Source: Patescibacteria group bacterium (GTDB lineage: Bacteria; Patescibacteriota; Patescibacteriia; Buchananbacterales; UBA6539). Taken from it: a DNA stretch of 64,000 nt. Made by a program: the position numbers and the translations under genes. The notes under the pieces were generated by a model. That model did no database searches. It was not told where the DNA came from and was given only the letters and a program-made list of their open reading frames with translations. Where the stretch lies: contig JBAZMQ010000002.1 of NCBI GenBank assembly GCA_041649675.1, positions 1,920-65,919 of the forward strand. The letters run 5' to 3'. Shown piece by piece: positions 47,459 to 56,715 of this stretch; within the stretch, counting starts at the first letter, position 1, and every line of letters begins with the position of its first letter.

Positions 47459-48508
47459 TCATTTATTTAATTTTCTGACAATCCCCTGATTCGCATCCAC
47501 TTCCACTAAGTCACCATCTTTAAAAACTTGAGTGGCAATTTTGGTACCAATAACGCATGGTATCTTTAATTCCCTAGATATTATAGCGGCGTGACAAGCG
47601 ATTCCGCCTTCATCAGTGACTATTGCCTTTACCTTACCTAAAAAAGGAAAAAACCGAACTGAAGTCATTGGCGTTATAATTACTTTGTTTTTAACATTTT
47701 CCAAATCATCTAAGCTAAAAACTTTTTTAATACGACCTTTCGCCATGCCCCGATAAGCCACTTTACCCTGGATGATTGATGTAGCCTGATTTTCTAATTT
47801 TATCTCTTTCTTCTCCTGCATCACCGCTTTCTTACTGGAAAAAATTTGCACTCGGTTTTTGCCAACCAAGATAAGACAATGCCTATTTCTTTCTTGAAGA
47901 ATTTTATTATTTGTTTTCACTTTCTTTTCTGAAAAAAGGCTTAGCAGTTCGTTGGGAAAAGCGGCAAACAATAATTTAGCCTTAATATTTTTCCTTTGGC
48001 CAATTTCTTTAAAAAGTAACGGCAAAAATTGATCTTGAATCTGCTCATAATAAGCTGTACCTCTTAATTTTCTAAGTTTATTTTTTGTTTCCTTAGATAG
48101 GTCTGATTCTTTAAAGACCATGCCATAATATTTGGGTATGGTAAACAAAGGAAAATAATCAAGATAAACTGCCAAAAAACTTTTAAATAAATTTAGAAGC
48201 TCTAAGTCGGTCAAAGAGCTCATTTTTTTAATTTTCAAAAAAATTTTTAATTTCTTATTTTGCCGGTCTAATTTGCTTAGAATGATTAAAAATTTAGCTT
48301 TTTTATTTTTTAAAAAATTTAGAAAAAACTCATACTCTTTGGTATCCCTATAAGAATATACTATTCCTTTTTTGTAGATCAACAAAAAATTTTTAAAACT
48401 AAAACCAATCTGCTTATTAAAAAATTTAGTATAACCTAAAAGAATACAATAAGCGGTAAACAAATCAATTTTTCTCTCCGTAAATTTTGTCCATCTCTTA
48501 TCTTTCAT
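47459..48508 (-). CDS. Protein with C-terminal PEP-utilising-enzyme mobile domain
   Basis: C-terminus VTDEGGIACHAAIISRELKIPCVIG (phospho-His swivel domain); N-terminal region unknown. Confidence 0.55.
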   Translation of the reverse strand: MKDKRWTKFTERKIDLFTAYCILLGYTKFFNKQIGFSFKNFLLIYKKGIVYSYRDTKEYEFFLNFLKNKKAKFLIILSKLDRQNKKLKIFLKIKKMSSLTDLELLNLFKSFLAVYLDYFPLFTIPKYYGMVFKESDLSKETKNKLRKLRGTAYYEQIQDQFLPLLFKEIGQRKNIKAKLLFAAFPNELLSLFSEKKVKTNNKILQERNRHCLILVGKNRVQIFSSKKAVMQEKKEIKLENQATSIIQGKVAYRGMAKGRIKKVFSLDDLENVKNKVIITPMTSVRFFPFLGKVKAIVTDEGGIACHAAIISRELKIPCVIGTKIATQVFKDGDLVEVDANQGIVRKLNK

Positions 48509-49292
48509 ATCTTCCTACTAATTTTCTAAGTTTGCTTAAGTCAATATCGTATTCTTTGTCTCGCAAAATCAAAGTGGCCTTCACCTCGTTATCAACTTTC
48601 TCTAGGTTCAAAGAGAAACCTTCGGTTTCCTTAATCGGGCCACCAATTTTTTCTATAAAACTGTCGCCTAAAGCATCTTTGTCGGTTTCAACATTTTCAC
48701 CAATACTATAATACAAGAAAGGATGCATCATTACGTCATGACTCACTATAGTTTTTGGAATTTTACTGACCCTGGCTTTTTGCTGTGAATTGTTTAATTG
48801 ATCCACTAGACCTAAAATGACTACTGAATAATGAGCTGCTGCTTCCTGAGGCGATATCGTCTCCTCAAAAGGTTTTTTATCTTTAAAATCTAAATACCAC
48901 TGTTCAGCCGCCGCCTTTCCTTTCTCTCTCATAATTTCACGATACTGATTTAAAAATCTCCCCTCGTCTCCACCCCAAAAATCATCAGCCCCAAGATGCC
49001 GGCTCTGAATTATTCTACCTTTACCTAAACCTAAAACTTCATCGCCTTCTTGCCAAATTGTTTCTTGCATTTTTTGGGCCGTATCGTCAGTCCTTATCAC
49101 TTCGCTAACGTAACAATCGCCCGGATTATAAGGTGGCTTCAATAAAGTTACTGCTTTTGCTTTTTTCTCTCCATTTTCTGTTAAAGGATTAATATTTTCT
49201 CTATCCCTTTCACTATGACGACGACAATCAATAGTATAAGCAGTAACTAATTGCTCATTTTGCTCAGGAGAATAAAATATTTCTTTTTCCAT
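48498..49292 (-). CDS. Hypothetical protein, possible histidine-phosphatase fold
   Basis: RRHSERD (RHG-like) near the N-terminus and SHD later; weak. Confidence 0.35.
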   Translation of the reverse strand: MEKEIFYSPEQNEQLVTAYTIDCRRHSERDRENINPLTENGEKKAKAVTLLKPPYNPGDCYVSEVIRTDDTAQKMQETIWQEGDEVLGLGKGRIIQSRHLGADDFWGGDEGRFLNQYREIMREKGKAAAEQWYLDFKDKKPFEETISPQEAAAHYSVVILGLVDQLNNSQQKARVSKIPKTIVSHDVMMHPFLYYSIGENVETDKDALGDSFIEKIGGPIKETEGFSLNLEKVDNEVKATLILRDKEYDIDLSKLRKLVGRYER

Positions 49293-49314
49293 AATAATAC
49301 AACAATATTTCTAT

Positions 49315-50289
49315 TTAAAGTTTTTCTTGAAAATTTTGCCAATACCTTTTCTCCAATTCTTTCCTGGCAAATTTATGCGTCTGGGTGCCATACTTCTCCA
49401 CGGTGTAAACCGAAACTAGGCCAGCTAACCGACCAACTTTAGGCAATGGCCAGTTATTCAACAAACCATGAATCAAACCAGCGCGATAAGCATCGCCCGC
49501 CCCGGTCGGGTCGGAAGTGTTGCGTGGCTTAGCTGACGGTATGCGCAACATCCTGAGGCCGCTTGAGGCGGCCAAAGGATCTCTGTATTGGATAATTGAT
49601 CCCTTTGCCCCCAAGGTAGTAACTAAAATTTGAGTTCGCTTAACTAAATCACCATTTTGCCAACCGGTCTTTTTAGAAATTAAATTGATTTCGTAATCAT
49701 TGCCAATTAAAACTTTACTGCCTAAAATCGCTTGCTTAAGCTGGTTGCCGGAAAGCGAAGTAGTTTGTTGGCCCGGATCAAAAATATAAGCAATCTTTTT
49801 TTGTTTAAAAAGTTTTGGCAATTTAATCATATCAACGGGATTTTGCGGCGAAACAATGGCCAAGTCGGCTTTGGGATTTAAGCTTTGGGATTTAAGCTTT
49901 TGAGTGACTGGCGTATTGATCGCGCCCGGATAAAAGCCAGAGATTTGATTATCGGCCTGATCGGTAATAATATAGGCCGAAGCGGTGTGTTGATTAGGTA
50001 TTATTTTAATTTGGCTTAAATCAATTTTGTTTTTCTTAAGCCAAGCCTCGTATAAAATAAAATCCTTAGACCCAACGTGGGCTAAAATTGTCGGTCTTTG
50101 ACCAAGCAAGGAAAGATTATAAGCAATGTTGCCAGCCGTGCCGCCAAAACTTTCCTTTAAGTCCTGAACTAAAAAAGAAACATTCAAAATATGCAGTTTA
50201 TCCGGCAAAATCTGATCCTTAAAATAACCGGGGAAATCCATGATCCGGTCATAAGCAACCGAACCGGTGACTAAAATTTTTTGATTCAT
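49315..50289 (-). CDS. PfkB-family sugar/nucleoside kinase (adenosine-kinase-like given context)
   Basis: C-terminal DPTGAGDAYRAG PfkB signature; GG dipeptide motif near the N-terminus. Confidence 0.7.
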   Translation of the reverse strand: MNQKILVTGSVAYDRIMDFPGYFKDQILPDKLHILNVSFLVQDLKESFGGTAGNIAYNLSLLGQRPTILAHVGSKDFILYEAWLKKNKIDLSQIKIIPNQHTASAYIITDQADNQISGFYPGAINTPVTQKLKSQSLNPKADLAIVSPQNPVDMIKLPKLFKQKKIAYIFDPGQQTTSLSGNQLKQAILGSKVLIGNDYEINLISKKTGWQNGDLVKRTQILVTTLGAKGSIIQYRDPLAASSGLRMLRIPSAKPRNTSDPTGAGDAYRAGLIHGLLNNWPLPKVGRLAGLVSVYTVEKYGTQTHKFARKELEKRYWQNFQEKL

Positions 50290-50313
50290 AATTTTAGGTT
50301 TTTTTGTTTTTAT

Positions 50314-50389
50314 CCCCTCACCCCCAGCCCCTCTCCCCGCTTGAAGCGGGGAGAGGGTGTCCCGATGTTAAATCGGGACGGGTGAGGGG
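50314..50389. repeat. G+C-rich nested-palindrome element (outer CCCCTCACCC/GGGTGAGGGG enclosing two hairpins)
   Basis: Inner hairpins CCCTCTCCCCGC-TTGAAG-GCGGGGAGAGGG and TCCCGATGTTAAATCGGGA. A second copy with the same architecture is at 54336-54432. Confidence 0.75.
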
Positions 50390-50405
50390 TCCAAAAAATT
50401 AAATA

Positions 50406-51248
50406 TTAACTTAAGTCACTATCTTTATTACCTGGTAAAAATTCCTTTTGTTTATATAAATAACTTAGTTCATCTTCATTGGCATATTTCAAAATCGTTG
50501 TTTTCCAAAAATCATAAGGAAAATAACCGGCGTCAAATTTTATTGAATCTTTACTGTGCGGTTTTGATTTTTCAGCGATTGATTTATAATCAATTATTTC
50601 AAGGGGCTGAAAAATTGGATGGTTTTGTTTAATTAATTTTTCGGCACTCGGATAACGGCTGGCAAAATCGGAAAATAATTTAGTGTAAGATTCAAAGGGA
50701 TTTGGCAAACGCCCGTATTCACTATCAACATTTTCAAACAAGGTATGATTACCGCCAAACGCTTCGTGCAAAGCTTCGCCAAAGGCATCAAATTTGTCAG
50801 CGAATTTTACCAACTGAGCCTCTGCACCTTTGAGATCTAAAAAATCGGAAAGCAGCTTTTGGTAGTTATAATCAGCAATCATTTCAGGAAATAACTCAGC
50901 CACTTTGGCAATCGCTAATCGCTCTCTTTGGTTTAACTCAATTTTTTGCTCGGCCGAAAGCTTTTGTTTATGACCAAATTCAAAATCACCCATAATAATT
51001 TCGTGATCATCGTGAACCAAAGCCATAATTTTGGCCTTGTTGCGATCTAGTGAATCACCAAAGGCCGCTTGAGCATACGGCAATAGTTCGCTTACCAACC
51101 AACAAACTTTTTTTGAATGGATTAATAAATCCGGCCGATAAAAAACAATTTGATAACTATCAAACCGCGTAATTTTTTGCAGCTGTTCTTGTCGATTTTT
51201 GAAATCAGAAAACAAAAAATCTAAATTTATATCACCGTCAGCCGTCAT
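50406..51248 (-). CDS. HD-domain phosphohydrolase (YfbR-like 5'-deoxynucleotidase family, putative)
   Basis: ALVHDDHEIIMGD (H..HD..E..GD) motif. Confidence 0.5.
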   Translation of the reverse strand: MTADGDINLDFLFSDFKNRQEQLQKITRFDSYQIVFYRPDLLIHSKKVCWLVSELLPYAQAAFGDSLDRNKAKIMALVHDDHEIIMGDFEFGHKQKLSAEQKIELNQRERLAIAKVAELFPEMIADYNYQKLLSDFLDLKGAEAQLVKFADKFDAFGEALHEAFGGNHTLFENVDSEYGRLPNPFESYTKLFSDFASRYPSAEKLIKQNHPIFQPLEIIDYKSIAEKSKPHSKDSIKFDAGYFPYDFWKTTILKYANEDELSYLYKQKEFLPGNKDSDLS

Positions 51249-51279
51249 AAATATTATTCAATTGATTACTTTTAGTAAA

Positions 51280-52053
51280 TTAACCTTTGCCGATCTTGGA
51301 AATAGTTTCAATCAAAACTCTCTTTACATTATTTACATTTTTTTCAAATATCTCTAAAATTTCTTCCCAAGTCACTGGCTTTTCATCTTTTTTCCAACAA
51401 TCATAATCAGTTGACATAGCAATGGCCGCATAAGGAATACCGGCTTCATTAGCCAAAATCGCCTCGGGGGCAATACTCATATTAATTATATCACCGCCCC
51501 AGCTACGAAACATGTGTGATTCGGCTCGGGTGGAAAATCTAGGACCCTCAATTGTAACAACAGTCCCCTTGTCGTGATGGGCAATATTCAGCTTCTTGCA
51601 AGATTCAATTAATAATTTTCTTAAATCTTTGGAAAACGGATCAGCCATGGGTGTATGTTTGGCATTACCAGCCCCGCCGGGAAATTCTTCAAAAAAAGTC
51701 ACAGCCCGATGCCGAGTAAAATCAATAAACTGGTCTGGAATTACTACGTGACCCCTGTTAATCTCTTGCCTTAAGCTACCACAGGCCGTAGTTGCGATAA
51801 TATAATTGCAACCCTGATCTTTTAAGGCTTGAATATTGGCCCGAAAATTAACGGCCGTTGGCGGAATTTTGTGTTCTTTGCCGTGCCGGGCAATAATACA
51901 AACATCAATACCGTTTAACTTGCCACAAGTCAAAAGTGAAGTTGGCTTACCAAAGGGAGTATCAATTTCCAAATCTTTAAAATCACTTAAAAGTTTTGGA
52001 TCATCTAGACCCGAACCGCCGATGATACCGATTTTTATTGCTTGATTTGACAT
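51280..52053 (-). CDS. mtnP: S-methyl-5'-thioadenosine phosphorylase (PNP/MTAP family)
   Basis: IGIIGGSGL, TPFGKPT, IARHGKEH, ATTACGSL; closely follows the MTAP pattern. Confidence 0.8.
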   Translation of the reverse strand: MSNQAIKIGIIGGSGLDDPKLLSDFKDLEIDTPFGKPTSLLTCGKLNGIDVCIIARHGKEHKIPPTAVNFRANIQALKDQGCNYIIATTACGSLRQEINRGHVVIPDQFIDFTRHRAVTFFEEFPGGAGNAKHTPMADPFSKDLRKLLIESCKKLNIAHHDKGTVVTIEGPRFSTRAESHMFRSWGGDIINMSIAPEAILANEAGIPYAAIAMSTDYDCWKKDEKPVTWEEILEIFEKNVNNVKRVLIETISKIGKG

Positions 52054-52057
52054 ATTT

Positions 52058-52140
52058 TAGAATTAGGAATATTGAATTATGAATTAGGAATAGTTTACCT
52101 TAATTCATGATTCTTAATTCATGATTCAATATTTTCGTTA
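52058..52140. repeat. Long A+T-rich imperfect palindrome (~35-bp arms) between apt and mtnP
   Basis: GAATTAGGAATATTGAATTATGAATTAGGAATA faces its reverse complement AATATTGAATCATGAATTAAGAATCATGAATTAAGG. Confidence 0.55.
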
Positions 52141-52667
52141 TCATAATCTATTAAAAAATGTACTGGATAATTCAACTCTGCCAATTTCTTAAGTCCGGGT
52201 AGAAACGACAAATTAATAATTACATCAATACCCACAATTTCTCCACCCATTTGTTTGACTAAATCAACGGTGGCCAATATCGTTCCACCAGTAGCTAATA
52301 AATCATCAATGATAATTACTTTTTCACCGGGTTTAATCGTATCTTGGTGCATTTCAATCGTATCAGGCTCATATTCTTTTTCATAACTTGCCTGCTTGGT
52401 CGCATAAGGTAATTTTCCTTTTTTACGAACCACTGATAAACCAGCGCCCAATTTATAAGCCACAACCGAAGCCAATAGAAAACCTCTGGCATCAATACCA
52501 ACCACCTTTTCAATCCCCTTGCCTTCGTAGGGCTGGCACAATTCATCAATAATTTTTTTGAATGCCTCCTTGTCTTCAAAAAGCGTTGTTATGTCAAAAA
52601 ATAAAATTCCGGGTTTGGGAAAATTGGGCACTTTGCGAATTTTTGAGTCCAAATATGCACGATCCAT
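52119..52667 (-). CDS. apt: Adenine phosphoribosyltransferase
   Basis: FPKPGILFFDIT; PRPP motif VIIIDDLLATGGT. Confidence 0.9.
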   Translation of the reverse strand: MDRAYLDSKIRKVPNFPKPGILFFDITTLFEDKEAFKKIIDELCQPYEGKGIEKVVGIDARGFLLASVVAYKLGAGLSVVRKKGKLPYATKQASYEKEYEPDTIEMHQDTIKPGEKVIIIDDLLATGGTILATVDLVKQMGGEIVGIDVIINLSFLPGLKKLAELNYPVHFLIDYDNENIES

Positions 52668-52845
52668 AACCTTAAATTAAGCTTTAAATTATAACTTAAT
52701 TGTAGCCAAAAAAACCAATAAAAACAAGGCGAGAATTTTAACTTCGCCTTGTTAAATCTTATTAATTTTATAACCTGCCAATCTACTTCCTACCTTTCTG
52801 CTACCCTGGTATTAACAGTCATGATAAAGTAAAAAATCAGCCGGC

Positions 52846-54171
52846 CTATAAATCTAAGTACCTTTTCAATTCCCTTGGCGTGACTTCAGTTTTCTGTTCA
52901 TCAATTTCTATGTTTTTAGCATCAATGAATCTATCTAAAGTATGTTTAGTAATTGAATTGATGATTATTTCATCTTTATTTAATTCATCAATCGCTTCTT
53001 GAAGCGAGCCTGGCAGGCTAGATATTTTTAACTCTTGCTTTCTGGTGCTGTCTAAATGATAGATATCTTCTTCAACTGCCTTAGACAACGGGATGTTATT
53101 TTCAATTCCGTCTAAACCGGCCTCTAAAATGGCGGCAAAAGCCAAATAAGGATTACACGACGGATCAGGCGATCGAAGTTCAACTCTGGTGGATTGCTCA
53201 CGGCCGGGCGTAAACCGCGGGATTCGGATAAGGGCCGAACGATTCATTTGGGCCCAGCAAATATTAACCGGGGCTTCATAACCCGGAATCAATCTTTTGA
53301 ACGAATTGGTAGTTGGGTTGGTTAAGGCCGTAAAACTTCGGCTATGTTTGAGTAATCCAGCAATAAACTGATAGGCAATCTTTGACAACTTGTAACCATT
53401 ATTATCTTCGTAAAACAAATTATTACCTTTTTGGTCAAATAAGCTTAAGTGAACATGCATACCTGATCCATTAATGCCGGCAAATGGTTTTGGCATAAAG
53501 GTCGCATTAACACCATAGCTTTGCGCAATCGCCTTGATAGTAGTTTTCAAAGTAATAATATTGTCAGCAGTATTTAAGGCATCAGCATAACGAAAATCTA
53601 TTTCATGCTGACCAACGGCTACCTCATGATGTCCAGCTTCAATTTTTATGTTTAACTCAGATGAAGCCTTTATTACATCTTCCCTAATTTTTGAAGCAAC
53701 ATCAAAAGGCGAGAAATCAAAATAGCCACCGTAATCATGAGGTACCGGAGCTAAATTACTGTCTTTCTGCAAAAGAAAAAATTCTAGTTCAGCGCCAACA
53801 TTTAAAACATACCCTTTTTCTTCTGCCTTTTTCATGGCTTGGCGTAAAATGTAACGCGGGTCGCCGCTAAAGGGTTTTAAATCCGGCCCATAGACATCAC
53901 AGATAATTCTCGCCGCCTTATTATCTTTTGTACTCCAAGGTAAAGTGCAATAAGTTTTTGCATCCGGCATTAGCAGCTGATCACTCTCGGCGATTCTAGC
54001 AAATCCTTCAATTGACGAACCATCAAACCAGATCCCTTTTTCCAAAGCCCCGGGCAACTGCTCGGTCGGAATAACGACATCTTTGGGTACGCCCAAAATA
54101 TCGGTAAACTGCAAATGAATGTACTTAACATTGTCTTTTTCTACTTTTTCTAAAAGTGTTTCTTTGCTCAT
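52846..54171 (-). CDS. glnA: Glutamine synthetase type I; start at MSKETLLEKV (54171); ORF track over-extends to 54276 through the promoter
   Basis: GS beta-grasp and catalytic domains; FDGSSIEGF and other GS-I motifs. Confidence 0.9.
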   Translation of the reverse strand: MSKETLLEKVEKDNVKYIHLQFTDILGVPKDVVIPTEQLPGALEKGIWFDGSSIEGFARIAESDQLLMPDAKTYCTLPWSTKDNKAARIICDVYGPDLKPFSGDPRYILRQAMKKAEEKGYVLNVGAELEFFLLQKDSNLAPVPHDYGGYFDFSPFDVASKIREDVIKASSELNIKIEAGHHEVAVGQHEIDFRYADALNTADNIITLKTTIKAIAQSYGVNATFMPKPFAGINGSGMHVHLSLFDQKGNNLFYEDNNGYKLSKIAYQFIAGLLKHSRSFTALTNPTTNSFKRLIPGYEAPVNICWAQMNRSALIRIPRFTPGREQSTRVELRSPDPSCNPYLAFAAILEAGLDGIENNIPLSKAVEEDIYHLDSTRKQELKISSLPGSLQEAIDELNKDEIIINSITKHTLDRFIDAKNIEIDEQKTEVTPRELKRYLDL

Positions 54172-54216
54172 AGTTAATTGTTTCCGCCATAGGCGGAAAT
54201 TGTTAATTGTTAAACT

Positions 54217-54274
54217 AAAAAAAGGCGTCAAATTAGAGGACGTCTTCGTCAAACTTCTGACACGCCGTTGTGTC
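54217..54274 (-). promoter_or_regulatory. glnA 5' leader: hexaloop hairpin GACAC-AACGGC-GUGUC overlapping a candidate terminator GGCGU...ACGCC + U7
   Basis: The loop has A1/G4 as in ANTAR-bound hairpins. The hairpin's 3' arm doubles as the 5' arm of the terminator. A GAF-ANTAR gene is immediately upstream. Confidence 0.45.
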
Positions 54275-54280
54275 ATCTAT

Positions 54281-54307
54281 ATATTAGCATAACTGGAAAA
54301 TTTTGCA
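54281..54307 (-). promoter_or_regulatory. glnA promoter TTGCAA-N16-(TGc)TAATAT
   Basis: Extended -10 TGnTAATAT and -35 TTGCAA on the minus strand. Confidence 0.5.
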
Positions 54308-54335
54308 AGGTTGAGATGTGGATATCTTAACCAAA

Positions 54336-54432
54336 ACCCCTCACCCACTCAGTAAAACTTAAGTCCCTCTCCCCGCTTGAGGCGGGGAGAGGGTGGTCGC
54401 CTCGAGCTTGTCGAGAGGCGACCGGGTGAGGG
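54336..54432. repeat. Second copy of the G+C-rich nested-palindrome element. On the minus strand it ends GGGTGAGGGGTTTTGGTT and so also acts as the terminator after the ANTAR gene
   Basis: Outer IR CCCCTCACCC/GGGTGAGGGG. Inner hairpins CCCTCTCCCCGC-TTGAGG-GCGGGGAGAGGG and GGTCGCCTC...GAGGCGACC. Confidence 0.75.
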
Positions 54433-54435
54433 GCC

Positions 54436-55140
54436 CTACTTGATCACTTCTTGGGCTAAAATAATCGCCTCAGCCACTTCTTTTAGCGACCGACGCTTAT
54501 CCATACTTTTTTTAACTAAAAGCCGATGAGCCTCCTCTTCAGTCAAACCGCCGTTTTTCATCAAAATCGCCTTGGCCTTGTTAATCAATTTTTGGGTCTC
54601 CAAAGCTTCTTTTAAAACATTAGTTTCGGAAATCAATCTTGAGACTTCCAAAATTCCGCCGATTTGTTTAGCAATGGTTTCTAAAAAGCTGATTTCTTTT
54701 TTCTGATATTTTTTGGATTTTTTGTGCTGAACGTTAATGACGCCAATCACGCTGTTTTTAAAAATAATGGGTACGGATAAAAAACCTTCAAATTTATCTT
54801 CGGGTAAACTGGAAAACAATTTGAACCGCTTATCTTCATAAGCTTTGCTAAAAATTGCTACTGATTTTTTGGTTTCCGCTACCCAGCCGGTAATACCTTC
54901 ACCAACTTTCATTTTAATCTTAGCTAAATTGGAATGATGCGGATTTTGTGAGGCTTTTAAAATTACTTCATCGCCAGAAATTAAATAAATAAAACAAGAA
55001 TCAGCTTTGGTGATTTTACCAATAATTTTTGCAATATTATTCAAAATTTCTTTCAAATCAAAACCGTTGCCGATGGTATCAATAATCTCCTGCAAAATCG
55101 CTAAATTGTTTTTTACGTCTGAATTTTGATCCTTAGACAT
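54436..55140 (-). CDS. GAF-ANTAR RNA-binding antitermination regulator
   Basis: N-terminal GAF-like domain. C-terminus EALETQKLINKAKAILMKNGGLTEEEAHRLLVKKSMDKRRSLKEVAEAII is an ANTAR motif. Confidence 0.75.
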   Translation of the reverse strand: MSKDQNSDVKNNLAILQEIIDTIGNGFDLKEILNNIAKIIGKITKADSCFIYLISGDEVILKASQNPHHSNLAKIKMKVGEGITGWVAETKKSVAIFSKAYEDKRFKLFSSLPEDKFEGFLSVPIIFKNSVIGVINVQHKKSKKYQKKEISFLETIAKQIGGILEVSRLISETNVLKEALETQKLINKAKAILMKNGGLTEEEAHRLLVKKSMDKRRSLKEVAEAIILAQEVIK

Positions 55141-55143
55141 ATC

Positions 55144-55662
55144 CTATTTTACTTTATTATATTGTTCAATCGCTTCATCGATAATTTTTATATCCTTAAT
55201 TATTTTACTGGCTGGCTGCTGCTGATACCCCTTAATCCAGACGACGGCTTGACTGATATCATTAACAATGCAATCTGAGGTTGAATAAATAAACGGATTA
55301 ACCCAATCTTTTATCAATTCACCCTCAAAAATAACATTTGATTTCCTATGGTGCGAATTTTTGGGTAAAACCACGACCACCGGCCTGGAAAAATACTTGG
55401 CAATTAATATTTCCTGTGCGGTTCCTACTCCTAATTTCTCTTCAGCATAAACTACCACCAAATCGGAATTCTTGATTATATCTGAATCATGGCCAAAAGT
55501 TATAAATGGCCTTGTCTCGTCCAGCCATTGATCGCCGTAAAAAAATTCGGCATTCTTAATCTTAGCCAATTCAGTTTTATACTTGACTTTCCAATCCTGC
55601 CAATTTTTTCTAGCCTTATCACCTTTTGGGATAGGGCCAATTAGACAAATCTTGAAAGACAT
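55144..55662 (-). CDS. Nucleoside 2-deoxyribosyltransferase-like protein (putative)
   Basis: ICLIGPI N-terminus and GVGTAQEILIA (resembles the DSGTAFEIGYA catalytic region); weak. Confidence 0.35.
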   Translation of the reverse strand: MSFKICLIGPIPKGDKARKNWQDWKVKYKTELAKIKNAEFFYGDQWLDETRPFITFGHDSDIIKNSDLVVVYAEEKLGVGTAQEILIAKYFSRPVVVVLPKNSHHRKSNVIFEGELIKDWVNPFIYSTSDCIVNDISQAVVWIKGYQQQPASKIIKDIKIIDEAIEQYNKVK

Positions 55663-55720
55663 ATTTAATTACTGTTTACTATCAACCATAAACTACAAAC
55701 TATTTACTATAAGCTAACAG

Positions 55721-56638
55721 CTAAAAGCTCTTAAACCACGCCACCGTTTCTTTAATTCCCTCTTCTAGTTTCACTTGTGGCTGCCAACCCAACTCGGTTT
55801 TAACTTTGCTGTAATCCAAACAACTTCTTTGCTGCTCGCCGGGTTTGGCCGGTCCGTGAGTGATTTCAATGTTATCTTTGATATTATTTTTAATTAATTC
55901 AGCCAGCTGATTAACATCAGTTTCAACACTGGTACCAATGTTATAAGTATCAATCTTGGCCGATTCCAAGGCCAACATATTAGCCAAAACCACATCACCA
56001 ACATATACGTAATCCCGCGTTTGCTTACCATCTCCCCAAATTGTTGGCGACTTTTTCTTCAATAGCTGGTCGCAAAAAATCGCTACCACACCAGCTTCAC
56101 CTTTGGCATTTTGGCGCGGACCATAAACATTGGCATAGCGCAAGATAACATAAGGTAAGCCAAAAATTTGATGATAATAATACAAATATTTCTCAATTGC
56201 TAGCTTGGCAATCCCGTAGGGTGAGATTGGTTTTTCCAAATAAGTTTCGGGCGTGGGAATCGTTTCGGCTTCGCCATAAATCGCGCCACCAGTTGAAGAA
56301 AAAATTATTTTTTTTACCCCAAAATTTTTACAATTTTCTAAAAGATTAATTGAACCTAAAATGTTTTGTTCAGCGTCCCAAACCGGATCAGCGACTGACT
56401 TTCTGACATCAATTTGCGCCGCTAGGTGAAAAACTATTTCGGGTTTTTGTTCATTAAAAATATCAGCCAATTTTTTATCGGTTAAATCAAGCTTAAAAAA
56501 TTTGGCTTTTGGGTTTAAATTATTCTTGTTGCCAGTTGATAGATTATCAACGACCAAGACTTCGTGATCTTTGGCAATCAAAGCGTCAACTATATGGCTG
56601 CCGATAAAACCTGCGCCGCCGGTGACTAGAGTTTTCAT
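55721..56638 (-). CDS. NAD-dependent epimerase/dehydratase (UDP-glucose 4-epimerase-like)
   Basis: [10 protein letters not shown] Rossmann; YxxxK SDR pattern. Confidence 0.8.
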   Translation of the reverse strand: MKTLVTGGAGFIGSHIVDALIAKDHEVLVVDNLSTGNKNNLNPKAKFFKLDLTDKKLADIFNEQKPEIVFHLAAQIDVRKSVADPVWDAEQNILGSINLLENCKNFGVKKIIFSSTGGAIYGEAETIPTPETYLEKPISPYGIAKLAIEKYLYYYHQIFGLPYVILRYANVYGPRQNAKGEAGVVAIFCDQLLKKKSPTIWGDGKQTRDYVYVGDVVLANMLALESAKIDTYNIGTSVETDVNQLAELIKNNIKDNIEITHGPAKPGEQQRSCLDYSKVKTELGWQPQVKLEEGIKETVAWFKSF

Positions 56639-56715
56639 ATTTTAGCTTCTTAGCTTATTAGCTTCTTAGCTTATTAGGGAACTAAAAAGCTAAAAAGCTA
56701 CCACCTAAAAAGCGG

